Assembly: GCA_002269645.1 (NCBI GenBank) | Contig: NIVC01001933.1 | Location: 1-58,958 of the forward strand | Length of the DNA stretch: 58,958 nt | Direction of reading: 5' to 3' | Origin: Macrostomum lignano | Lineage: Eukaryota | Part shown: positions 36,125 to 53,900 of the stretch, one piece after another | How the letters are laid out: each line of letters starts with the position of its first letter | How positions within the stretch are numbered: position 1 is the stretch's first letter | Program-made: the position numbers and the translations under genes | The notes under the pieces: model-generated | What the model was told of the DNA's origin: nothing | What the model saw: the letters and a program-made list of their open reading frames with translations, nothing else | The model's database searches: none

Positions 36125-36316
36125 GGTATTTCAGAAATTTCCGAAAGCAATTCGCCGTTGATTCGAGGCGCGGCCAACGGCGGCTGCCTTCGAAGTTCGC
36201 CAGCGACACCGTCGGCGGTCGGCCGGCGTTCTCAAGCGACCAATTTCTCGCCGAGGCCGGCCGGAGTCGAGTTCGAGGACTCCGCAGGCAGCTGCAAGTC
36301 GGTCGGGTTCGTGTGA
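22614..36316 (+). CDS. iGluR-like ligand-gated channel with a K+ channel selectivity filter (GluR0/AvGluR1-like); exons 22614-22899, 27108-27244, 28152-28246, 30158-30317, 31142-31205, 32259-32635, 34312-34471, 35865-36316; true N-terminus uncertain
   Basis: Spliced ORF of 1731 nt (576 aa + stop), all junctions GT-AG and in phase. PBP2-like S1 (LTVCYFGHPPFSDTVAGQLRGVFWDL), M1 (WPLLVIILVSCAYAGVIAWL), pore (GFWEGCWWAFITMTTVG|YGDRSP), M3 (RLFAFLWISFGLVITSMFTAGITTAL), S2 (NSLDELF...GALIEHF), M4 (LHLLVLAFAFAVLFAALLCW). Confidence 0.8.
22950..23480. repeat. 23-24-bp tandem repeat (GAGAATCGCCCCAATCCATCACT)
   Basis: Direct reading; related to the 17550-18280 array. Confidence 0.9.
24255..24985. repeat. 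Two blocks of a compound GTACACTGCT-based repeat (24255-24600, 24790-24985)
   Basis: Direct reading. Confidence 0.9.
25372..25562. repeat. Interstitial telomere-like (CCCTAA/CCCTAG)n tracts
   Basis: AACCCTAACCCTAGCCC at ~25378 and ~9 hexamers at 25503-25560. Confidence 0.8.
26310..26950. repeat. 24-bp tandem repeat (TATTGATGTCACTCTCTGTCTCAC)
   Basis: Direct reading; source of the SETESDIN ORF. Confidence 0.95.
27260..27975. repeat. 20-bp tandem repeat (TTACCTGTTAGACAGAAGTA)
   Basis: Direct reading; intron 2 of the channel gene. Confidence 0.95.
28525..28950. repeat. Degenerate CTACTCTCTCTGT repeat
   Basis: Direct reading; intron 3 of the channel gene. Confidence 0.85.
29430..30130. repeat. 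35-bp tandem repeat x~20
   Basis: CCCAATCGGGAAATATCCCATAGCAACCCGAGATC units ending ~27 nt before the exon 4 acceptor. Confidence 0.95.
30470..30990. repeat. Degenerate GAAGGGATTCCC-core repeat
   Basis: Recurrent GGATTCCCCATT/GAAGGGATTCCC motif in intron 4. Confidence 0.7.
31520..32130. repeat. ~12-bp repeat (GAGTGAGATACT)
   Basis: Direct reading; intron 5. Confidence 0.9.
32665..33060. repeat. 9-bp repeat (CTACCTTGG/CTACTTTGG)
   Basis: Direct reading; intron 6. Confidence 0.9.
33655..34300. repeat. 15-bp repeat (ATTCCTGTCACTCCG)
   Basis: Direct reading; ends ~11 nt before the exon 7 acceptor. Confidence 0.95.
34642..35047. mobile_element. Diverged foldback / MITE-like element
   Basis: AAAATTGTTACTGCTTTTGATGAAGCTAGCGAGACCCAATGTT (from 34642) is the imperfect reverse complement of AACATTGGGTCTCCCTAGCTCCCATCGAAAGCAATAACAATTTT (~35004-35047). 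Confidence 0.65.
35220..35620. repeat. 21-bp repeat (GGCACTCATTTTAGCGCCGTA) x~18
   Basis: Direct reading; intron 7. Confidence 0.95.
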
Positions 36317-37526
36317 CCCCCGGTGCTCGGCAGAGATCAGCATCATTTCGGACAGCTCTCCTGTCCCTGAGCACTCGCTCTGAGCGCACCTCAAGGGAGT
36401 CCTCTGATCCCTTCAAAACTCGTGAATCATGTTTCCTGGAAAATGCCTCGCCTGCGGCACAGAAACGATTTTCAGAGGGGCCTTCTTGCCTCTCTGGCAA
36501 ACAACTTAAATGTTTCGCGCGGTACCAAAGTGAACGGACACCAAGCCAGGCCATTTTTGTGACGAAACAATCCGCCGTGGATAACTGAGAAGTAGAGACG
36601 GACTCTCGAGAGCGCATAGCGCTGAAATATTGGGGTTACGCCATAGACTAAAACCGATTGGCCAAGTAGAGCATACCAAGTGTGACGTTGTCAGTTTAAG
36701 ATGGTCCCGAAAAGGGCCGTTGGACTGCTGTTCTCCATAGTCATTCAACCCTTCAGTTTCACCGTTTCAACTAAACTTTTCCATTCGTTTATTGCGACGT
36801 TTACTTGTAGTAATGCCCAACGATTTTGTGGCAATTTCTAACTCACTGTATATTTTGCTACCCTCTCTCGCGACCGTATAAAATTGGCACGATCGATAAT
36901 TTTAAGTTCTCTCGCCAGCCAATGAAATCACTCGTGCTCGCGCTACCCCCCCTCTGCGCTCTTTTATTAAACCCCCCGCCTGGCGGCGGGCACCCCTCAC
37001 CCCTTGCCCCTCTCTCTCTCTCCTCTCTGTCTGTCCTTGGCCGTGTGTGTGTTTTGCGTTCTTGTCTGGCTGCCTCGAGCCTCCCTATTTCTCGCCACGG
37101 CCCCTCTGTCTGGGCCAGCCTGCTCACACACTTACTTGACTGTTTCACGCCACGACCGACGCCAAACTCGCCACTACGTTTCACTGCCTTCACTGTGCTC
37201 ATAGCCGCTGCTCACGTCACGTCGCCATTACATCACTCGTCTGTCGCTTGAACACTCATCCGATTTATCTTGAAAGAAACCATTGTTGCAGCCGCCAGTG
37301 CCCAGGAAACCATAGTTTGTTATTTGCCAGTAACAACCAACTTACTATTTATATTGATAATAAAAACGACTACGGCAGTTTCCTGCCCTTATTGCCAAGT
37401 GCTCCGCTACACCATCCACTGCGCCTGAGTTGACTCCAACTTATTTTTGGGACTAAAACGGCCCTTTTAAGGGTCACGGCCAACATCAATAACGTGACAC
37501 CAAGGACAATTTTTTCTGCTCAAATA

Positions 37527-38172
37527 TCCTAAAATAACTTGATTTTAAGTGTCATTTGATTGTACTCAGTAAAACAGAACAAATGACAATTTTTTATATA
37601 GCAGACTTAATATGTGTTTATAATATTAATAGCGTTGTGGGACTTTAAAGAACTGTTTATATGTTATTATCGGGACTTTATCGATTTAAATAAATCGATA
37701 TGGGAGAAAAAAAACAAAAGACGCTTTAGCAACTTTTTTTCGACTAGTTCGAGCTATTAATCTAAATTTAGGGTGAATGATCATTCTAAGCATACCAAAT
37801 ATCAGTTTAAGTTTCTTTACCTGATATTTAACAATCCAATTCAAAAAAGTACATCTTTTAAAAAATAATTAGGTTATAAATTTAAAATCCGATTAAATTG
37901 AATGCCAACGAAAATCTAAAATTGCTGCGTCAATGTGCACATGTACAAGTTTGATTAAAAATAAAATACAAATTAAATCATAATTTACAGTCTCTGAATG
38001 AAAAACAATGTTTAATCGACTATCTAGTGACATAAAATATTTTAGCAGTTCTTTATAATCCCAAAAAGCTATTAACGAACACATATCGAGTTTGTTATAT
38101 AAAATCTTGTCATTTAGTTTTGTTTTACCAGTACGTTAAAATGGCACTTGCAATTATCAAAGATATTTTAGG
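37527..38172. mobile_element. Diverged foldback element with ~150-bp imperfect arms
   Basis: CCTAAAATAACTTGATTTTAAGTGTCATTTG...GGGACTTTAAAGAACTG matches the reverse complement of ~38040-38172. Confidence 0.65.
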
Positions 38173-39144
38173 TCATTTTAGGCCACTCGAACGCACCCTA
38201 AATGCTCTGGCAGTGCACGCGCTCCGTATCGGTCTGCAGCCCTTTCTAAGAACACTAGAAGTAGGCGTCCTTCGACAATATTTCAGCTGTCCATGACATC
38301 GCGGTCCTTTTTAGTGCCTCAGCTCCCCGGCAACCCGGCCGACTCGAGTTTATATCAATCCCTTACTCGGCCCTTCTCACTTACCTCTGCTGTTATGCCT
38401 GCCGACGCTTTCTGCTCTTCTTCATATTAAATTTCTAATTTATTGTCTTCAGCTCGTATATCATATGATTCTGCAAGGTCGCCACATCCGGTACCAAAAA
38501 GTGTTTTCTTGGTCATAAAAAATAAATTTAAATTCTGATGGTATAAAATTCACTGTTTTTTCAAACCGTTTTTCGAAGCAAAAGTCAAACATGACTACTC
38601 ACAGCACAAAATCAGTAGAGCAGTTCGTGCATTATAAAGTTATTTCGCTATTGAGATTAAAACGCGAAATTCAGACGAAAAGCACGTCGACGTAAAACAG
38701 GAAAAGACAAAAAGCGCCTGACTAGCGGAGTTTGTATTGCCGTCATCTTAAAATTTGTCTGTCTGCAACAATCAGACATCAGCAACCAAGGCCGACACTA
38801 AAAATACTGATACACAAAACTTCTATGAAAACAGAGAGCTCTATTAATAAACTTCTAAGAAAAATATCTCCAAATCAGAAGCGGATAAAAGCGAGACTTC
38901 AGAAACCGACTCAGCCTCATAAAAAGCTTGGAATGGGACCGGAGTCAAAAAATTTCTGCTACAAGCGGGAAGGCAAGTCAGCCACAACAGCTTGAAGTTT
39001 GGTGCTTTGGAGAGATTAAAAATTAGTATAGGGAATTAAGTGGAGCCGCAGAACACTTCTCTGTTCCCTAGAATTCCTAATGGGGTGCCATACTCTGTTA
39101 TTGGTCTAACATCTCATCTTTTAATGCCCCTCAGCCGGTATACC

Positions 39145-39265
39145 CCCCTAATAGTGTCCTCTATGCCCCCTAATAGTGTCCTCTATGCCCCCTAATAGTG
39201 TCCTCTATGCCCTCTAATAGTGTCCTCTATGCCCCCTAATAGTGCCCTCTATGCCCCCTAACAGT
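39145..39265. repeat. 22-bp repeat x~5
   Basis: CCCTAATAGTGTCCTCTATGCC units. Confidence 0.9.
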
Positions 39266-39434
39266 GCCATCCACACCTCCAAATAATCGGAGTGAGTCGC
39301 CACCCACAGCAGGAGCGGCAGTGCAGAAAGCAAACAGCAACCACAACACGGATCCAAATTGAGTTTCACAACACACAGCCACTACAAGCATTCGTCTCGC
39401 CATTATCGAACAAAAAAGAAGATTTGTTTAAATT

Positions 39435-45556
<6,122 letters not shown>

Positions 45557-46614
45557 GAGTCTGCTTTCAAATTAAGTAGTCTCTCTAAATGCAGAAAAAA
45601 GTTCCTTGAATGTTAAAATGGAATGGTGAATAAGCTGATTAGCTGACTCTTTCGTGGATAGTCACAAAGTTAAAATAATCACTATTGACAATAAATTTAA
45701 GTATGATTTAACTTAATTTAATTTTTCTATAATTATTGACATAATAATCACTTAAATTGAAAACCTTATGGCTTTCCTTAGTCAATGAGTATATGAATCT
45801 CATACTTTTATTGAATTGTTTGAACACACGTATTATTATATTAATTTACACCGCTAAGATATTAATGCACTGAATAATGCTAGCGTTGTCATTAAAATTC
45901 ATTCAATAAAGCCCCTGCTGGTTTAAAACTTACTTCTATTGATATTATAATTTGTTTTGTAAATAGGCCGTTTGATAATTTGTAGTGAACGATATGACTG
46001 CTGTACCGCTACACTGACCCAGCGTTCGATCTTTCAATCAATGCAATCTCGTAAAATTTCCAGAAACAGGCAGTAACACTTCAAAAGAAATAAGTTGCAC
46101 TTGTATGTAGCTGATTAAAGCAATTTGTATTTCAAAAAATGATATTCGTAGATATCAATAACGTTTTACTTAATGCACTCATGCACTGGGCATGACTCCT
46201 TCCTGGACCTCTTCGGTCGCTCTTTTGAATTTTTACCAGCAGAGAATTTTCACCAGAAGGCGGCCAGTTAATTATAGACATGGGCGTCCAGATCCAGATG
46301 CAGTTCGCTTTCAGAAAACTTAAAAAACCATCCCAGAACTGGACGTAGAGGAGATCTGGCTTGCCTTCTCAGACAGGATTTCTGTCCATGCTGTGGTCAT
46401 GTCATAAGATAAATGCGGTTTTCACTTTACCTCGTTACCAAGAATTGGCAGCCCCATAAATCCACTGTTTCACTCAATCCCACATCAGCTCCGATTTCTT
46501 CTGCTATTGCATCGTATCTGTGTACGGGAAAAGGCCGTGTCGATCATTGATATGATGTCATGCACTCGGGCAGTACAAATGTAGTTAAGCTCTTCTGTTT
46601 TTCCAGAACTAAAC

Positions 46615-46940
46615 AACAACACAATACGCATCAGGGCGCGCTTCAGGGCCAGGTAGCGAACGAGCGTGCCGCCGCCGACCGAATCCTGGGTGCCGGCGTC
46701 AGCCAGCAGGCAGTCGACCAAACGCCGAGTGCGGGCCTGCCCCGCCGGTCAGTACAGCGTCAGCAGCAGCACCTCCTGCACCGGCTGTAGGCAGTACGAC
46801 TCGGCGCGGATGATGCGGCCTGCCAGCTGGAGTCGCCGACGGCTGCAGCTGGCGCAGGTTAGATTACATGGCTTTGCATCAGGGCGCCGGCCTGGTCCGT
46901 CCAAGCGACCTGTTGTGCTCCACCCGCGCCCCACACTGCT
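46615..46940 (-). mobile_element. 3' fragment of a non-LTR retrotransposon ORF2 (RTE-like), interrupted
   Basis: RRRLQLAGRIIRAESYCLQPVQEVLLLTL* then RGQARTRRLVDCLLADAG resembles the post-RT RRL.LAGH...RGR...D.L..D tail of RTE-type LINEs; isolated GC-rich patch. Confidence 0.55.
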
Positions 46941-47982
46941 TTTGTCATCTCTCTCGGATCAAACAATCAGTGGAAGGCATCCTGGCACAGACAGAGGCAT
47001 CTCGCGCTGCTGCACTCAAAATGACAATCTTTGGTCATGGCTGTTTTGTTAGATTGCGCTACCTACAAAAGAAAAATCCGCAGTGAGGTAAGCTCTTTCT
47101 GCCTCTCCGGTGTCTAGAAATTTGGTCTATGCCCGTGAGAGACGAGGATTAGCAGAATGGGCAGCGTCGGCACCGGAGCCCTGCAGGCTGCGGGTCAGCT
47201 AAATGAGTCAAATGCCGCACGCGTGCAGCTTCTTTTGGAATTTAAAGTAATCAGCTTACCAAAAAGACATTCAGTTGTATTTTATCATTTCAAACAAAGC
47301 GGCTTTGTCAGAGAAGTTGTATTTTGCTTTAAAAAATTATAGATAGTAACAATTAGCCGAAATTATAAAAATTAGATAAGTACATGCAGCATCATTTTAG
47401 TATTAGTAAAAAAATAAGGGTAGCGAAAATCTTTAAGCAACATCTAATTAAGTGTGATAATGCCAACGCATTCGGTTCGACAGTACGACATTACGAGTGC
47501 AACACGATACAGCTCGGCAAGCTTACATACACAAGAATAAATATACTCGCATATTAAAGGCTCGTTCGCACTGCAATCAATTCAACCATAAAATCTGATG
47601 TACAGTGTGTACAAACTTAAGGATCGCGTAAAATTTGCCTCGAATCGGATTGTGGTGCGAACGAGTCTTCTTTGGGTTTTTATAGTGCACTGTTTTTTAG
47701 TGCTCTTCAGGTATAGACAAATAAAGCAATATTTTAAACGTGATCTGCTGCTTTTAGAAACTGCGTAATATAATGATTAAAATATTTAGCGATCAGCAGA
47801 ACTTTCAATGCTTTGACAGTTTTAAGGCAATATCTAGAAAATCATTCAGCAACTTCTAAATAAATTATTTATCAAGTACGCTTTCACCCACTTGTCTCCG
47901 TCAGCACATTCGGCAGCAGTTCACAATGTGTTCCGCCTGCTGCCCTCCAGCTGCAGCTCTATGCAGCACGTATCGCTGCTCT

Positions 47983-50900
47983 TCAGCATCTGTCGCTGTT
48001 TCCGCTGTTGCAGCAGCACGAATCGCCAGCAGATCTTGTCAAGTTCAGGCAGATCTGGCTGTCCCACTTCCGGTCCGCCAGAGTGTAGCTGCTGAGCATT
48101 GAATCAATGATGCCGAACTTTGCGTGCAGCCGGTTGATGGTGACGTCCAAGTCTGAATGAATTTCAGAGGTTGGCGGTTAGGAAACGACTTCACCAGGGA
48201 ACAACTTAAACTAGCTATTGGATTCAGACCAGCAGAAATGGCATTTACATAACTACGATACTGTTAAGGAATTTCAATAAACGTAACGGAATCGCAGCTT
48301 CATTTCTTCACGTTTAAAGGTGAGATTTTTGCAACGAAAATACTCGTAAGATATAGGAAAATACAAATCGGTACTACCGATGGGCACATGCTATACTGTG
48401 TGTAACTGTTCATATCCCGAATACTGCATGTAGATAAATTTCAGTTCCAGAAATTTTACCTGTACTCTCCTTGTAACTCGGCGCCGCAGCTCGACTAGAA
48501 ACGAAAGTGTCGCGCAGTCTCTGCAGAACGAACTGGACGATCTGGAAGTCGCTCGAGCCACCGGCCCCGCTCTGCGTTGGCTCCCTGGCCCCTTCGTAAC
48601 TGTCGTTGAGAATGACCACAAACAGATTGACTACGATGAACATCAAGAAGGAGACGTACAGAGAGAACGCGAGCTTCGGGAGCAGTCCGTGGCGGCTGAC
48701 TGTGGCCATGTCGAACTTGCCGAGCATCGCCGAGAACAGAGTTGACATGGTGCCGAGGGGGGAGCTGAACTGCAGCTGCACCGGCCCGAGCAGCTGGTTC
48801 ATCAGCCAGCAGAAGGCGAAGAAGATGACACAGAAAAATACGGCGAAAGAGCTCAACTTGCTGAGCGAGGATCGCAGCGTGCCGAGCAGGTGGCCGAGGC
48901 TGGCGCTGAACCTGATGAGGCCCAGCAGCGACAGCTGCAAAAGGAAGCAGGAGAAGCCGAGCGAGTAAAAGAAGAATTCGTTGAGCAGCAGCAGCTGACG
49001 TAGCTGCGGTCGGCCTCCGTTCACCGCAGCCTCCAGAGCACTGCCAGTGCCGGCTGTGCGGAGACCATAGAAAACGCAGGCGACCACCATGAAGATGATG
49101 ACGCCCATGTCCAGCCAGTTCTCAAAGTTGGTCCAAAACTGGCGACAGTTTCGCAGCTGAATAGCCAGAAAAACGATGCGCAGAAGCAATAGAAGGCCGG
49201 CTAGAATCTCTGAGACCAATGCAAAGACTCCCACTGCACCCACGTAGCGGTACAGCCTAGTGCTAAGGAGCTGCTCGCTGGCGTGAGCACCGCCGAATGA
49301 ATTGAGTTCCGATGCCATGGCAACCGCGGTGAACAGGTTCACGTCCGAGTAAAACAAGTCCAGCTCAACGACCAGCAGGCTGGTGGACGAGTCCAACCAG
49401 CCCAGGCGCTGCAGCTCGGCCAGGAAAGCTCGACTCGGCGCCAGTCCTTCCGGCAGCAGGGCCACAAAGCCGCCACCTCGGTATTCGGCTAGAATTCCCG
49501 AGTACGGCGCACCGTCAGGCCGGTTCATGAAGGCCTGCTCAAGCGGCGACGCCGAGAGGTTGCACGGAGCTGCGGCAGTCCAGCCCGGCAGGAAGCAGCC
49601 GGTTTCATCAGTGCCGCTCGCTAACGGCGACTGGCGTTGCTGGCGAGGCCTTCTCAGCTGGCGCAGTGACAGCCGGCTCAGACGGTAGCCGCATCCGTCG
49701 GAGATCAGAAACGAGGCGGAGTCTGCGAAAACAGTAGGCAAGATGCTGGAGTTTATAACTTTGTACAGCTCAGTGGCAGTTCCATCCACGGCAACCAGGT
49801 CTTTGTAGTTCAAGTGCTGCTTGATGCTTTCGTGTAGCCGGAAGGTTCCAGGGTCGATGTTGCCGTAGCAAATGCAGTATTGAAGCAGGAGCAGCAGCAA
49901 GGTGAGGACCAGCTTCACAGTGGCGCTGATGGCAGCCTTGCGGACCGGGTTCTGTCGAGCTTTGGCCTCGAGTTCGTATAGAAATGCGATGCCCTCTGAA
50001 AATTTTTTGTTCGATTTGAAGCTGCCTGTCTAATTGAATGTGGTTATTTCAGATATGTACATGCAAAGAGGCAGTTCGAGAACATCTAGTTCGAACTCTG
50101 TGGCCCCACTCCCCTTACTTGAGCACATCCTCACCCGCACTCAATAAAATGCACGCAATTCTGCTATATCAGACAATAAATACACAGGCGCAGCCACCAC
50201 TTTTTGAGTAGTTAACTAACACTCGCAAACTCTAGCCAGAGTTGCTCGGTTTTAATAGAAAAGACATTCCTTGAGCAATCAAGGAATACTATAAGTTAGC
50301 GGTAACTGTCCTTGGATCTTCTCCAAGGAGTTTCTTCAATATCTTTTTGGTTGTTGTCCTTTAGATCTGCTTCGTGCTTCCAACAGGCATGCAAAGAGCG
50401 CACGTTCTCTCAAAGTGCACTAACTCGTAGTAAAAGTCAAAGTAAAAAGCAATAATTTTAATGCTTCTACTGATAAACGGTTGCGGCAAACATTTTAAAT
50501 CTTTGCTCACCTCTCTGATGCTCTTCGTTGAAGTACCTGACTCGGATGAGGGTGAAGTTCTCAACGTCGTAGTCTTTTCGAAATATCACAATTAAGACGA
50601 GGCCAATCAGTGCCACCTGAAAATTAAAAAAATGGCCTAACTAATCGCTGAATGAGTTCAACCTAAAACTGCTATAACCATAGCTTAGTCCTTTAATTAT
50701 AGCCCCCTATTCATAACACTATCCTTGCCTCAATCACATCATGGACTTTGGATTCTCAAAAGTCTGGGACGCAGCTATGCGAGCTTTTGAGCAAGAAACT
50801 ACTGAATATAAAACGATGGATAGATGGTGTCAGAGAAGAGATCCTCAATATTGTACAAAATGTTGAGACTTAAGCTTTCGTATGGGAGGAGCAGCTTAGC

Positions 50901-53900
50901 GTCTGACTCCCGTGCCTCGAGCCCTGGTTCGATTCCAGGGTCACATTCAATTTGAGCTTAGTATGAAAAATTGGCCGAGGTTTTCGTGCGATTCGCACCC
51001 ACGGGGGCCGATTCCCAAGGCACAGAGAGTGTGTACACCCTGTGTGAGCATGAGTGTCATGTTTGCTCAGGAGTCCGCGGAATGGACAAAATTTCCTCGG
51101 CACTGATTGCGGGACAATGTCGCGGAAGGCGTTGTGCCAAGGTGCCCACAATGCTCCCCTGTGATTATTTTTTGCTTATTTTTCTATGATCGTACAGTTG
51201 AATACAACTCAACTAGCTTGATAAATAGATAAATGTTGACTTGCAAACCTTCAGCGGCTGTACTAGAAACGCGGTCTGAACAAACGACAGCACAAAGGAG
51301 AGAAGCCACTGCTGGGACTTCTCCTTGCCCCACTGCATAGCGTAGAACACGAGGAAGACCCCGGCGCCGAGCATGCTACCCAGAACCAGCGCCCAGCCCA
51401 CGTACTGGCACCAGTGCGGCAGCTGGAATCCCGTCGACGGCATTTCGCTCGCCTGTGGCACCAGCGGTGTGCTGGCTGGGTTACTAAAAACGTCTTTGGA
51501 TTTGAGCGTCCTTGAATCAGCTGATTTTCTAGATCGATAAACAATTCCGGTTTCAAGCTGAAATGAATTTGGAAAATAAGTAATAGATACTCAATAAATA
51601 ACTAAGCAATGGTACCAACCGCACCTATCTGTAGTACAAACGCACCTATGGACTTTGCAGCCCTTAAACTTAAAGAAGTGCGGCGAGTTCCCTAATTTTT
51701 ACAGCTCAAAAGCATTTTTTTCTGTCAAGCAATGGTTTTACAGATGTGCCGCAGTTCACGGTTGCTATTGGCAAAGATATGAAATTTAGGAACGAATGAA
51801 ATAAGGGTGAATATGTGGGTTTAAGTACCGGTATATGCGGATAATAAATTTACTCACTAGATCAAAGACCCCGTCATCTGTAGTACTCTCCGACTTCTCT
51901 CTGGACTCTTTCATTGCATCTGAATTCTCAAGAGAAGAACTGGGCGTTGCGGAATTGCTTGCTGATCTTTTGGACTTCAAAAAGAAAATAGTGACAGCAG
52001 CTGAAACTGGCACAACAACAACAGCGCCCAGCATGGACGTGAACAGGGTGTTGACTGACAGCTTGATCGGTCCGATCGTGATCGTGTCTGACGCTGACTG
52101 GCCCCCTCCCCAACACCGTAAAACATGGCATTGGATATCATGGTTAAGAAGAGCAGACAGAAACAGACGCCAAATCGCTGCAGCCGAGAAAAGTTCGTGT
52201 CAGTTTTACGCTTGACCACCGACATCCACAGGTGATCGTCGAGGAACTTTCGCGACAGATTGTTCCTCACAAAGCGCTGCTGGAATGCCAACTGCTCTTT
52301 GTTCGCCAATGCTATCGCAATAGGCTCTTGGTACGGCAGGATCGTTTCGGATGAGTTGAATATGTAGCTGAAAAATTAAATATTTCTTCTGCTGATCAAG
52401 TATCAGGAATCCAGTGAAGTTATCGTTGTGAAAACATACCTGACATTGTACAAACAATCTGTGATAATTATTTTCTGCAGCATCCACGGAGAAATTGGTT
52501 TCTGTCCTTCAAGCGAAATTTCTATCTCGAGAATGTCACCCAGATGTTTCCCTGTTGTCATTGTGAAGTGATTTATATCACCCGGCTGAAAATTCTAAAA
52601 AAAAGTTAGTTGAAAATATAAAAAAATTTCACTTTACTGTTTCAGCCAATGGATTTCACACTGTCGTTTTCTTACCTGTCGAATCCCATCAGACATAACT
52701 CTTAGCGGTTCTCTGTGAAGTTCACCCGAAACCGATAGTAGCGGGCATATCCGGGTTCCAGCGTTGCTTCTATCGCTGGCAGTGTACACGTCAATCCTGT
52801 AGACAAACTTTTCATTCGCATCGTCGATCAGAGGTAAATACTTAAACTGAAATTTTTTTCGAGAAAGGTGTTTGCTTTTTATCTTGACGACGAATTTTAA
52901 TTCCGAAGAATCAGCGGTTTAAAGCATGTTGGCAGAATATCCAGTCTCACCCTTTCGCTGTCTTTGTTGTCAATGCGACGCAACCAGACAGCAATCGGGA
53001 TGAAGATGACCCAAAGAGCCACCACGGTGCCCACAACTGCAGCGCTGTCCGCCAGCTTTCCCTGCCAGTTGTCGAACAGCTTGCCGAAATCGATGAGATT
53101 CGGCAATACATTCATTCCCGCGCCAAGGCTACCGAAGAGGTTGCTGACGAACCTCGGTCGATTTGGGACATCGGACGCTTCGACAGTGCACGAAGCTCCA
53201 GCAGTTGAAGGCTTCGTCCAGATCTCCTGGCAGAGTCCCAGATGAGACAATCGTACTGAGACAGACCAAACTCGTAGGACAGGCTCGGGTCAGCACAAGA
53301 AGAGGCTACCTCGCCGCTGGGCTCCCGGTAGCAACCGTCTCGCTGGACTCCGATGAAATAGGTACCGTTGGAAACTGCAGGTAGATAGAACGAGCCTTGG
53401 CTAGCGTTCGTTAAATACTCCAATGGAGTCGGAAGGCGGTCGAGCTGCACAAAGACCTGCAGTGCGTGGCTGACATTGAGTGGTAGCACTGTCACCTCCA
53501 GGACTCCAAAGGTGACATTCACGCTGTGATAAAAGCTCAGCCACCGATCCGTCGGGGTAGCATTGACCACAGATTTTTCGCCGGCCGCTGTTGCAGGTAA
53601 AGAGAAGGTGAAACTTTCCGAGCTGGAAGGCGCTGCAGCGCGACGCGAGCGGCAGCCTCTCTTATCAATCATGAGGACAGGCGAAGCAACGGATGTCTTC
53701 GGTTGCCACACATACGGGCTGCGGCCTGAGAACACAGCCTTAACTGAGTCGCAGCCGCTCAGCTGTGGCAGACTGGCGTCACCCAGTGCCGACTGAAAAC
53801 TAACGCTATCGTTGCTTCCATTAAGGCGAACTCCCTGAACTGACAGTGCGGAATCGGAGATGGAATAGGACCCCGAGCTGTTGAGAAGAATTTCCGTTAC

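Noticed and set aside
22614-36316. Bacterial contamination or very recent HGT of GluR0
   Set aside because: Seven spliceosomal introns, an M4 helix, a polyA/polyQ tail and host-like GC-rich codons.
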